A stretch of 64,000 nt of DNA, from IMG/VR virus record IMGVR_UViG_3300028591_000143, positions 1-64,000 of that record; one strand, written 5' to 3'. This DNA is from a virus (taxonomy: Duplodnaviria; Caudoviricetes). Made by a program: the position numbers and the translations under genes. The notes under the pieces are model-generated. The model worked only from the letters and a program-made list of their open reading frames with translations. It made no database searches and was not told the origin of the DNA. Each line of letters begins with the position of its first letter. Position 1 is the first letter of the stretch. Shown here in pieces: positions 1 to 11,900 of this stretch.

Positions 1-2
1 TA

Positions 3-380
3 ATTTTCTGAGAGTTTCATAAAAATAGAACCCTCTTCACCAACATATACGAGATCTCCTATATCTGAAGATAGGGATTCCCGCTCTTCTAGGGTTTCTA
101 CCTTTGTTACACCAGCTCCAATTTTTGATTTTACCCACTCATATTCACCTTCTCCTGTTTTTAGATATTGATAAGTATGAACGTTTTCTTCATCATTTAT
201 CACATAAGCGAGCATTCCCTCCTCTAACCTCGCTTCTGGGATATTTAATAGATCTTCCTTATTATTTACTGTTCTATATCCACCTTTACCATACTTAGCC
301 TCATGTGTTGCATAAGTATCATCAGAAGTAAACGGTACTATAGGAGAAGCTACATTTGTTCCTTTAAGTGCTTCACTCAT
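3..380 (-). CDS. 5' part of a virion/tail fibre-type protein that runs off the left edge (not in ORF track)
   Basis: ATG at 380 overlaps the stop of the 373..1599 gene. Open frame reads MSEALKGTNVASPIVPFTSDDTYATHEAKYGKGGYRTV...IPEARLEEGMLAYV to the window edge; motif style typical of phage fibre-associated proteins. Confidence 0.75.
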   Translation of the reverse strand, partial: MSEALKGTNVASPIVPFTSDDTYATHEAKYGKGGYRTVNNKEDLLNIPEARLEEGMLAYVINDEENVHTYQYLKTGEGEYEWVKSKIGAGVTKVETLEERESLSSDIGDLVYVGEEGSIFMKLSEN

Positions 381-1599
381 ATCCAAATGTTTGTTTAAAA
401 TTATTTATGGTTACCTGATCTTTTTTATGATAAATTTTATAATATACACCATCGATAGTATTAAGAACCTGATCCTCTATATAATAATCATTTATATAAT
501 TAAGTCCGTGGGTATCTTTTATTGATGTAAATACTTCTTCTTGTAATTCAATAGGAACAGCTAATACAGTAATTTCATTATTCAAATTTGTAATAAATTC
601 TATATCACCATTACCATCCCATAGAGTTTTATCGGGTAGATTGAATGTTCTATATATACTAAACTCACTCATCTTTCCAAAATATGTGGGACTTACTATA
701 CTAATAGTAAACATCTCTCTTAGTGTGGTATCCTCATTAGTAGCAATCACTTCATATGTTGAAGTCTCTGTTATTGGTCCATTAATACTATAACTATTAT
801 TATCTATTTTGGTTATATTTACTATGCTCCCGTTCTTTAATACTCTTATCATAAATTGACCGGTTATATCTTCATCTTTATAATTGTTGATTTGTAGATT
901 AAATCCAAGGTCAGTTATTACAGCTCCGTGTGGATATATATTTCCCTCACCCTCTAAATAGCTTTCATCTCTAATTACTTCAAAGTGAGAGATTGTTGGT
1001 GGATCTATATTATTTTCAACATCCTTTAGTTTTTCTATTAAGTTTTCTGGTGTTATGAAATTGTCCTCTCGTACTAATTCACCTTTTTCATGGTTATAGT
1101 AATATTGAAACCCATCAGCGAGATTTCTAAATATAGAGAGACCTTCAGGAATGTCAATAAAAATTCTAGAGACCTTATCTGGCCCAAGAAGCTCTATTTT
1201 CCAAATTCCACCCATCTTACACAAAAACCTCTGACCCTGTACTAAGTCAGATACATCTCTCGGTACATCATCCTCACAAATATCATAGATAACATAAGAT
1301 TCAGCGGTTGATATAAGACTATAACAATTTCTACCTTCACCATCCTTAACTCCAACAGCGAAAAGAGTATCTATGTTTGGCTTACTAGGATCATCGTCTG
1401 TGTTAAATCCAGTTTTATATTTTACCATTACTAATCTACCTGCTGTATGTTTTACCTCAGTATCAAGATAAACCATAGCAGACTCTAGATTTTCTTGTAT
1501 TGTAAAATTTCTCTGGATTAGTATATCTGTAGAAACTTCGCTATTTTTCATTCTTTTATTTATTATTAAAGGGGGATAACAGTAAACAATTGCTATCAT
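373..1599 (-). CDS. Putative virion structural protein with Ig-like C-terminal region (true start probably ATG 1551, MKNSEV)
   Basis: Long ORF in tail cluster with beta-rich C-terminus (YFG...DTHGLNY...YKIY). The first 16 codons overlap a terminator-like hairpin. Confidence 0.6.
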   Translation of the reverse strand: MIAIVYCYPPLIINKRMKNSEVSTDILIQRNFTIQENLESAMVYLDTEVKHTAGRLVMVKYKTGFNTDDDPSKPNIDTLFAVGVKDGEGRNCYSLISTAESYVIYDICEDDVPRDVSDLVQGQRFLCKMGGIWKIELLGPDKVSRIFIDIPEGLSIFRNLADGFQYYYNHEKGELVREDNFITPENLIEKLKDVENNIDPPTISHFEVIRDESYLEGEGNIYPHGAVITDLGFNLQINNYKDEDITGQFMIRVLKNGSIVNITKIDNNSYSINGPITETSTYEVIATNEDTTLREMFTISIVSPTYFGKMSEFSIYRTFNLPDKTLWDGNGDIEFITNLNNEITVLAVPIELQEEVFTSIKDTHGLNYINDYYIEDQVLNTIDGVYYKIYHKKDQVTINNFKQTFGYE

Positions 1600-1604
1600 C
1601 CCCC
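1571..1604 (-). terminator. Rho-independent terminator-like hairpin
   Basis: Minus strand GGGGGAT...ATCCCCC followed by TTTAAT, just downstream of the 1615..2223 stop. Confidence 0.55.
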
Positions 1605-1614
1605 TGATTTTTTG

Positions 1615-2223
1615 TTATCGATTAGCAACAATTAAGAGTGTTTCAACAATGTTTTCACCCCAAAGGATAGAAATTCTATGATCACGATTCATGTAAAAAG
1701 TAATTTGAGTTTCAGCAATGCCTGAAGTGTATTCTCTTCCATCAATCACAATATTAGGAGCAGGATTAACTTTAAGCATAGACGGGCTTAAGGATATAGA
1801 AGCTTTAACTATGTCTGTGGATACTAAACTGGATGGATCAGCTGTTCCACTCTCTATCTTACACTTACTATAGGTAAGCGAATCACCAGTTCCGGTAGAA
1901 TAAATTTTTCCTAAATAACTTATTCCTGCGGTCGGAAGTTCTCCTACATTCACTATTTCCTCACCTTCACCAGGATTATAGTCTGCTAATGTTTCCCAAA
2001 TATAAACTACCTCATTATTGCCTGTTGAAATAACAAGTGTTGATCTCTCTTCTGTATAATTATCAATAAATAATCTTTCGTCACCATTTCTATCAAAATA
2101 CTGTCCCATAGAATAAATCTGAGTTTTTAGACTAGGAACTAAATTTTTATTATCTATCTGATTTTTATTGAAATTTGCACAAGCAGCCTGCTTCTGCTGC
2201 TCAAGAGTTAATTCATTGTTCAT
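1615..2223 (-). CDS. Hypothetical virion protein, paralogous to 39732..40454
   Basis: LKTQIY...GDERLF and HRISILW match LMTQIY...EDESLF and HRIVILW in the 240-aa ORF. Confidence 0.6.
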   Translation of the reverse strand: MNNELTLEQQKQAACANFNKNQIDNKNLVPSLKTQIYSMGQYFDRNGDERLFIDNYTEERSTLVISTGNNEVVYIWETLADYNPGEGEEIVNVGELPTAGISYLGKIYSTGTGDSLTYSKCKIESGTADPSSLVSTDIVKASISLSPSMLKVNPAPNIVIDGREYTSGIAETQITFYMNRDHRISILWGENIVETLLIVANR

Positions 2224-2236
2224 AATTACTTTATTT

Positions 2237-2935
2237 TTAGTTTGTTGTTTTGGACATAATAAGCCCGTTTATTCTAGATAAATAAGCCTTCTTTCCGTGA
2301 AGTATCATATTTAATCGTTTATAATCTATTGTCTGTTCTTCGCCAACCCACTCAAAGACTAAAAGTCCTATTGGTTGATCTACTCCAGGGATACCGACAT
2401 AAACCTGTATATCAGATCCATCATCAAATAATTCGTAAATCCCCGGATATTTAACACAAAATAAAGAATCTTCCGAGGATATTAATCTTTCATGCATTAA
2501 ATCATTATAGAGGGATATAATTGTTCCTGTATTTATATCTCTAAAATCACTTTCTGGAACATTATGAACTCCATAACTACTTGATTGTAAAACTAAATCC
2601 GCATACTTAAAAGGAATTCCAATTAAATTTTCTTTTGAATTATGATATTCAAAATATAGGATACGATCAGCTGATGTTTCTGCCCTAAGATCCCCAAGAA
2701 GTATGTAAAGATCTCTAAGTAACTCATCCCGTCTTTGTAAACCCTCATCATGCCTTTCAGTAGCTATTTCAGATACAATCTCCATAGTTCCCCTTACAAT
2801 GTTTTTAAAGTTTAAGACTACAATAAGTGAAAGTATAACTAAAATATATAGGAGAAATTTTCTAAATCCTACTTTCTGGTCAACTTTTATTATGAAGTCT
2901 GAGAGTTCTTTTAGTTTAGTTAATAAGTATTTCAT
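2237..2935 (-). CDS. Putative holin (single N-terminal TM helix plus GAF-like soluble domain, T4 T-like layout)
   Basis: Hydrophobic FLLYILVILSLIVVL followed by LRAETSADRILYFEYHN...IPF, a layout seen in Bacteroidota phage holins. Confidence 0.5.
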   Translation of the reverse strand: MKYLLTKLKELSDFIIKVDQKVGFRKFLLYILVILSLIVVLNFKNIVRGTMEIVSEIATERHDEGLQRRDELLRDLYILLGDLRAETSADRILYFEYHNSKENLIGIPFKYADLVLQSSSYGVHNVPESDFRDINTGTIISLYNDLMHERLISSEDSLFCVKYPGIYELFDDGSDIQVYVGIPGVDQPIGLLVFEWVGEEQTIDYKRLNMILHGKKAYLSRINGLIMSKTTN

Positions 2936-5900
2936 ACAGTTTTTCTAATGTAAAGAGTAAATAAATTTTCTATCTCCCTATAGCTTTGGGGAATGCTGGG
3001 ACCAGAATAATTATAATTAAGTACTAATTTTATTGTCGTCTTTATAGTTATCGTTGAAGATTGATCTGCTTGTTCAGAGAAATTGTAAGTTGTTTTTAGA
3101 TATGGAACGAGATTAGGAAGATTAGTACTAGAATAGATGATCTCTGGGGATAAAAAGTATAATACCTCATCACCCTCATAAATTCTATCATCATAATCTT
3201 CAGATATTCCACTATAAAGCTCTGTATTATAACTTAATCTATAATTACTAGCCAAGTTAAAAATAGTGTTTGTTAACTCAGTTGTAGAAGTATTTCCTAT
3301 AGAATCATACTCAAACTGTGTTACTTTTAAATGAAATTTTTGATCATTTTCACCAACAGAATCAATTTCAACTGGAATATCTGTTGTTCCATATATAAAT
3401 CCGGAAGTAATAAAGTCGGCATAAGTATAATAATAAGCATTACCAATTTTATATAATAAACCACTTTGTTTTTCTAGATATATATTCGGCAAGTCAGAAA
3501 CAATAGTAGCAATTGTGTCTAGATTTTCCGCTTCAGATATACCTAAGGCTAATCTTAAGTCGCTAATTTCTTCCGGTGTTTCAGCTCTTCTATACTCAAG
3601 TCCTGTAGAATTATTAAAGTTAGAAGTTTTTTTGGGATTAAATAAAGCGACTGAATAATAGCCTTGAGAACCACGAAGCGAATTACAGACACAAACAATA
3701 TCTCCAATTTCAGCAGATGATGGTAAAGTTGTTACATAATTTTCTAACCAGGAAGGAGTATAATCAGACCCAAGTAAGCTCCAACCCTCTTCAGTATACA
3801 TGTAAAAACTACCATCACCTAGAATTGTTCTATCTGTTACTGTGTTTCCTACTATTTTTCCAATCTTAATTCTAAAATTATTTATTGGTTGATTAGATGT
3901 ATTTGGTTTTAATTTCAAAAATGCACGATACCTAACAGATCCATTAGAAGTAGAGATAGGATTGACATAAGAAACTATATTATCTCCATCCCCTCTATCT
4001 AATATATCCTCTCCGATATTATTTAAAATTTCTATATTATTTAAGTTAATATCTAATGTAGAATTAAAATCTAAAAATCCAAAATTTCTTGAGTTTTGAA
4101 GAAGACCGTTACTTAAAAAGAATAAATTAGATGAACCGATAACTACCACCTCTCCAGGATCAGACTTTTGTATAATATTAAGAGAAACCCTAGTATTAAA
4201 TCCATCCTCACTTGTATAAAATTCTAGAGTATGAATTAAATCTTGATCCCCATTGTTTGGATCAAAGGTTATTTTAAAATTATCTACTTGACCACCATCT
4301 AATCTTGGTAGTGATTGATTCGATACAATATTACAACCGGGACTAGAGGTTATTGTATAGCTAGGAAGTATTCCAGTTAATCCTGAATCTGGAGTTAATA
4401 GTGAGGTAGTATTAAATATACCAATCATTCCAGAAACTTCAGTATCTTCAGGATTTACGGTTATAGTTATAGTATTCTTTTGTTGGAAATCCCCTAAATA
4501 AAGTCTATAGTATTCTTTAGAAAGTTCTCCGAAATTAGATATTATTCCTCTGGTAGCTCGTTTCTGGAATAAATTAATCTCTTCTTCGAAAGATTGAATC
4601 TTATAAGAGAAGTCATTAAAATCCATAAAGAGTGTTCCGGGGAAATTACTAACTGACTTACCATAACCATTTTCAGAAGTATCTCCAACTAATAATAGAT
4701 TTCCCGGATATTCTGAATTTCCTAGGTAACCATTAGAGGAACTTATTGTAGATCCATTATAATTTACAGAAGCTAATAACTCCTCTGGATTCTTTTTTAG
4801 TTGGAAATATTTATACCCTCCTCCATAATTTACTTTGAATATCTTTCCTACATAAACTTCAGAAGTACTAGAATCATAAAGATCTGAATTAGGTATATTT
4901 ATTTGTTTTCTATAATAGGAATAATAAGACATAGATAAAACACCATTAGAAAACGTTGGGAAAGATTTTCGTGCATACTCCTCACTATTTTCATCTACTG
5001 TATAAATACCAGTCAACTTTCTATACGATACTCCTAAAGGAAGTCTATTTATTTTAAAATAATTATATCCTGGATTATCTATCTGAGTTATTCCTATAGT
5101 AGTTTCTGGATTAGATATTGCTACAACCCCATATATTGGCTCAGTTGTACAAACAACTCTAGTAGCTTTATAACAATCATTTCCAATAACAAAATATTTA
5201 CCTAAAGAATCACCTATTCCTATCTCTCTAGGAAGATCTGAAACTGATCCACTTATAAAAGTTTCATCAAAAGTAACAGGTGTTTCTTCTTCCCACTGAG
5301 ATGCACTACTTGAGGGTGTTATTCCAGATACTGAATTCTGTTTACATCTCCAAATCTTATGTGTAGTTCCGGAAGTAGTTATTACTAAATCATCAACGTT
5401 ATATGTTTTTGAAGATGAATAATTAAGGATCTTTTTCCAATACCAAAAATTACTTTCAAAATTATTACTTGAAGCTAATGGTAATGATAAGTTAATAGGA
5501 GTAGTATTATATCCAAATCCAATCAAAAGAGGTGTTTCATTAATTTCTTTCCATATAAAATTAGTAGCTATTCCTAAATCTACATAAGCCTCTTCAATAG
5601 AATTTACACTTTTCCATCTCGGTTCTCCTATATAAAATAAATCTGTATAATTTTGATAGGTTAGATCTTCTCCACATGGACAAAACTTTTTATAGCTCTG
5701 ATTATCACTAGTATAAAATGTTCCAAATTGGGCTAGTTGTGGTAAATTAGTACTATCTAGTCTAATAATAGGATCACTTGGAGTTGGAGTCTCAGTCTTA
5801 TAATATCCAAATCCGATTATATCATCTGCATTTGTTGGTAATTCATTTTCTGGATTAGAGTAAAGATTATTAACATCAATTCCTGTTAATCCATATAAAT

Positions 5901-8900
5901 TAGATATATCAACATTATCAGTATACTTAGTATTATGATCTAAGATATAATCTAAAAAACTAGATTGATTTTGTGATCTATTAAAAATATTCCAAGAAGT
6001 TCGTTGATAATTATAACCTGTTCCTATTAAATTTTGAGGATCTCTTTTAATAGGCTCAAATCTTTCTATAGTTCTAACAAACTTCCCTAATTTTGAATAT
6101 TCATCTCTATAATAGGTATTATTTACATCTTGTAACCCGCTTGTTCCTTGAATTGGTTTTGAGGCCAGATTCATATAAGTTGAAGAGATAGATGATCCAG
6201 GTAATAATTGCATTGAAGTAAATGCATCTTCTATATTACTAGATCTAACGCTATTTACTAATACACTAAAGGAAATAGGGAGTTTTTCTTTTAGTTCAAC
6301 ATAATAATCATCAGAGATTAATTTAGGTCTATAACCTTGAATTCTTGAAGGTACTGTCATTGTAATCTCGTTAGAAGAGCTATTATTGGTTATTGAACAA
6401 TTTCTCTTATTTCCTATAATATAATTTCCAGACCAGCTAGTTCCCCGTACAGAAAAGTTATAAGTTCTAGTTTCTCCTAAAAAGCTTATATCATTAGTTT
6501 TATCACCTAAAATCTCAAATTCATAACTACTCTTTTGAATAACTGATACTCTTCTAATATAGACCCCATATTCCTTATCAATCTCTTCTTGAGAATAGTA
6601 GTATCTATCTGAACTATCTACGTTACTATCTTTTACGAAATTATATGGAATAGCTACAAATAGATTAGTAGAAAGGTTTCTTCCGGAATCTAAAGTAGTA
6701 TTCAAAATATTCCCACCGATAATGCTAAAAGAGTCATCTAAAATAGCATCTGACCTACCTCTATAGACAAGACCTGGAATTGCTTCCTCTAACCTAGGTA
6801 AATATGCAAGTCTAATTCCACTAAACGTTCCAGTATTGTCAGAGTCTAAATCAAATATTTCAATATCATCGGTTCTTAATATTTTCTTTAGTATTTCAAT
6901 TCCAGTAGCATTATCATCCACAACTACCCACTCTATAGGATTAGTTCCATTTTTCCAAATCCTAGATACAAAACTAAGGGTTCCTAATTTAATAGGAGTA
7001 GCATTTAGACTATTATTATCAGACGTTGGAGTTAGTGTTAATACATAATGATAATACCCATCTCTTTCGACTCTAGGATTACTTAATTTAAATGTAAACG
7101 TGGATAATCCATTAATAATTTGGCTATTTAAACTATAAGACTCAGAATTTAATGATCTAATTAAATTAGTTATAATTACTGGATGTGGTGATATTACATC
7201 TATAGTGGTAGTACATCCTGATATATTTAAAGGACTATAAAAATTCTCTAATGTTATTGTAGTAATTTCATGTCCATTTTTATATAATCTTATTGAAGGA
7301 TAATATGGTTCTTTATAAAGATAATAATTTATCTTTGTATTATCTGACCGAAGATCTGAAAAGAATGCAACGTTTAATACACCAAAAATATTATTAACTG
7401 AAGGAATTATTGGTGTAAATGAATTTGTCTGGTTAACTGGATTAGCTAATATTAATTTTCCTTCAAATTCAGTTTGTACTTGAGGAATATTATTACTTGC
7501 TCTAGTTAGTGTCCCTGCATCATCATATAAACTCAGTCCTGTATAATGATCTACATAATGATTATTTGGATAATCCTCATTATATTCTGGGGTAGTTAAT
7601 TGTGAAATATAGGCTCTATCATTTCCGGGGGTATTTTGTATTGTTTCTGTTGGAGTTTTTCTTGTATAATACTTAACTGTGGTATAATCCATTGAATACT
7701 CTGGAATGAATATATACTTATTAGATCCTATATTATTAAAAATATACTTGGAATTTAAATAATAATATTCACCACCATTTAGTGGATTTTTTATTAAAAC
7801 ATTAGAAAATCCTTTACACAGGAAATAATCTTGGTTCTTAATAAATGGTTGAGATCCTTCATACTGTGATATAGTAGTTATTAATGCGTCTACCTCAGTT
7901 TGCGTAGTAGGAACATCAACAACTGTCCATATACTACAATAATAATAAGTGGTTCCGATTTGTATAATATCCCCTAATTTAGGTTCATTATTAGTTATTT
8001 GTCTTGTAGCATCGAATAGGGTTGTTCCATAATTAAACTTTCCTCTAATTCCAATATTTCTAGTAAAATTTAAGTTAAGATAACTAGGCCCAGTTACAGT
8101 TCCTATAGCATCATTATCTGTAAGAATATTGGATGGTAAGGCTGTCCAAGTAATACATAACCAATCTCCAGTAGTATCAGTAGACGGATTAATCCCAGTA
8201 ACACCATTATGTAGACAATAATAATAAACCTTAGATCTCCCAAGATTAGAATAGCAAACAACATCTTTTGTTCGATATATGTAATTTGAGTCCCATTCTC
8301 CTTTATATACGATTCCTGGAGTCGTTGGATCATTTGGGTCATCTGGATAAATTGGTCTAAACTGATTAGATAGGTTTGGGTTTATTATTGTAGCCCGCAT
8401 CTTTCCACCATCAGAAATTCTACATATTAATTTAAAAAAGTTATTATTAAAATCTCTAACAATACAATCTAGTCCGGGGAGATTAGAAAATGAAGAATAG
8501 TATGGAAATAAACTTGATATATTTTGTTTTTCTGTTTGATCCACTATATCATCTATAGAAGAACTTATTATGCAGTCTTGAAGAGCATAAACAGATCTCA
8601 TATTATCAGGGGGAATCAAATAAGAATAATTAACTTTATTATAAAACTCCTCAGAAATAATTTGTCTTCTATTTACTCTAAAGTAAGAATCATAGAATTC
8701 CTCACCAAGAATATTAGATAAGGAATACATATCAGGTTGTATTATCCAAGTATTATCTCTTGTAATAAAAAAGTATAAATCTTTATTATTTTGAAGTTGA
8801 TTTCCAGTGGTTCCAGGATTATTAGAATTAGTTATTATATTACGTTGAAATCTTAATGATAATCCTGTTTTAAATAAAGTTGGATGTTCAAGAATAAAAT

Positions 8901-11900
8901 TAATATCATTTACATAATCATCATTCAAATTATTATTTATTTCTTGTTTTATCTTTTCTGGAGTTAGTTCTGACATTACATTCAGACTCATATCCATAAA
9001 CTGATAAACTCTTTCACTAGATCTTATAGCAATAAGTCTCTTGTTTTTAGGAAGATCTATAAAATCGTTTGAAATTACACACCAATCCGAATTATTATTT
9101 ACATTTGGCGTTATTCCATAAGAATCCCTTAAACTTATAAAACCTATATATGGATAAATTTCTTGCCAATAGAGTTGCCAATTCTCATCAACACCAGGCA
9201 TTACATTAGTTAAATATCCCGAATTATTATATCCGATACACCTATAGCACTCATAAGGATCAGAGGTCCCAATAAGAACGACATCATTAATATGATATTG
9301 TCCGATAGGGTTAAATACAGTAGATCCAGCTGGAGTAGAGCCATATCTAACAATATCACCACACCCATAACGACGATTAGGATCATACATTGGGGCAGTA
9401 TTAACACTAGTTACCCTATTATTTAAATCCTGAAAGTCATCAACAGCTGCTATTTCTTGCCAGAATGAAGTATGTACTATATAAGTTAGACTTGAAGAAT
9501 TTACTTCTAATGGAGTAGTAACTGGATCTCCTAATATATTTGAGGTAAACTGTGATATACATACAAAATATTTATTATCACAGCTCCACCAAGATCCATT
9601 CTCAAAACTTGGTATATTACCTTGATTTGATGATTTAAGACTCACCCACCAATTACCAAGATAATAAACTAACTGTCCGCTAGTATAAGTATCTACAGCA
9701 TTCCAAACTGGAGCATTTACATTAACTGAATACTTTACTATATCACCCGGGGAATATATAGTACTGAAATTAAATGCAGAAACATTTAAAGTATTTGTGC
9801 TGGCTCTAGAAAATCTATTTACCCATTCATATTTCTGATAGGGGATTGGTAATTCTTCTGATTTTGTAGTACATTTCCAAGTTCCATTTGAATAGGGTTC
9901 TCCATCAGGTTTTAGCTTATAAATAGAATCTGATACTAATGACTGATCTATTATTATATCTCTAGTAATAGTTCTATCTTCCTCTATTGCAGTTATTGTT
10001 ATTGGCCCTCTAGTTGTAGGCGCTGTTTCTGTTACTATGTGGACTTGAATCCATTGACGAAAGTCTTCACCAGTAGCATATCTAGTGTCATAATAAGAGG
10101 GACTATCATAAACACTGCTATATCCACTTTCTCCTATACCTCTAAAATAAATTCCAGAATCATTAGAACTAAGAGTATATCGACAATTAGATCTTATAAT
10201 TAGCTCATATAATCCAATTCCACTAGTATTCAATGAAATGGGGTATGTAGAAAACAAAATAGTTCTTCCATACTTCATAAACCCAACATTGATTTGTGCT
10301 ATATCGACTAGTAATCTCCAATTTGTTGTTGTCATTAAATCTTCGGAAATACCAGACTCTTTTATTCTAGCTATTTTTATATCAGAGAGATGAATATTTT
10401 GAGCTGTAGTTGATCTTGTAGGGTAATTTACAATTATTCTATTTTCAGGTGAGTAGCCAGGTTTTATTTCAGCTGATAAATAGCCATTATCACTCAAAAA
10501 TGATACTCCGGCTGGGTACTCAATTACTTTCCATGCAGGCCTATTATCAAAGTCTGTATTTGAATCTTCTTCAGGATCACAAACCAAGTAATATGATTTA
10601 CTAACCTCGCTATCTAACATTTTTATCTGATTAACCGTATTACCAGATAAATCAACCAGTTTTAATGATCCCTCTACATTTGGTTTTTGTACTAAGTATA
10701 TAATAGAGAAATAATCTTTGTAACTTATCTTAGTATAAAATAAAGTAGAAACTCCATTTAAAATAGGTGCCCAATTTATTGTATCTGTATTTGTAGTTAA
10801 TGCTGATAATCGAATTATGATATCTACAAAATATGTTCCATTTTCATCGGTGTAAGGACTCAGACTAAGACTTATATTAAAGAGGTTATTTATTATATCA
10901 TTTTCATTAGTTATTGTTATTTGATTGACGTCTGTTATTGGTTCTAGCAGTCTTGTTCTAATAACCAAATATTCACTTCCACTAGTATCATAGGGGAACA
11001 TAAAAACAGGAACTTCTCCAAATTCTTCAGTATCCTCAACGAATTTGGAGGACTTATCTAAAATAAACCAATCATCAGCTAAATCTCGTCTAACTAATTT
11101 TATTTGATTAATGGACTCTAGGATAACTGGTTTTTGTTCTTTCACATCATAATATCTTATCTTAAGACCAAAGATTCCATCAGCTCCATAACTTCCTGGA
11201 TGATCATTTTTCTTATATTCAATCATCGAGGAGTAATTATTTGGAGTAAAGATATTAAATGCTTCACTAACTTCTTGTCCTAAATCATTATGTCCACTTA
11301 TATAAACAATTTCCGAGCCCGGGATATCTTCTATTGAGACTTCCCCTCTAATCGTTTCTGTAATAACACCACCAAAAACTTTATATTCTATAAAATCCGC
11401 AATACCAACAATAGGAACAACACCACCATCATCTGAAAGACCAAATCTAGTATGAGGAATTGTTGTTTTTGTTAATCCTGGACAACTTATTCTTAAATTA
11501 GAGTATGTTTTATAAGTATAATTTTCAGTTATTAGTTTTCCATTCTCATCTAAAATTGGAAGATCTGTGGTGTCATTTTCAGTTGTTTTTATTCTCCAAA
11601 AAACATAGTACGTATTCTTAGAAGTTAACGCACTTTCGTTTGTGGTCAGAAAAATATTCTTTCCTGGATTTTGTCCGAATGTCTCTAAAAATATCGTATC
11701 TTCACTAGTATCAATCATTTTTATTCTAGCTTTGATACCTGAAAATTCTATATTTATTAGATTTCTTCCTAGGCTTAATGGTTCGTCTAGGTCATATAAA
11801 ATAAAGGCTGGTTCGTCGCTGTTTGTACTGGAGAAGAAATAAATAGCTCCGTATTCCTGCCTTTGATCATTCTTATTTAATATATGTTCGTCAGGTATAA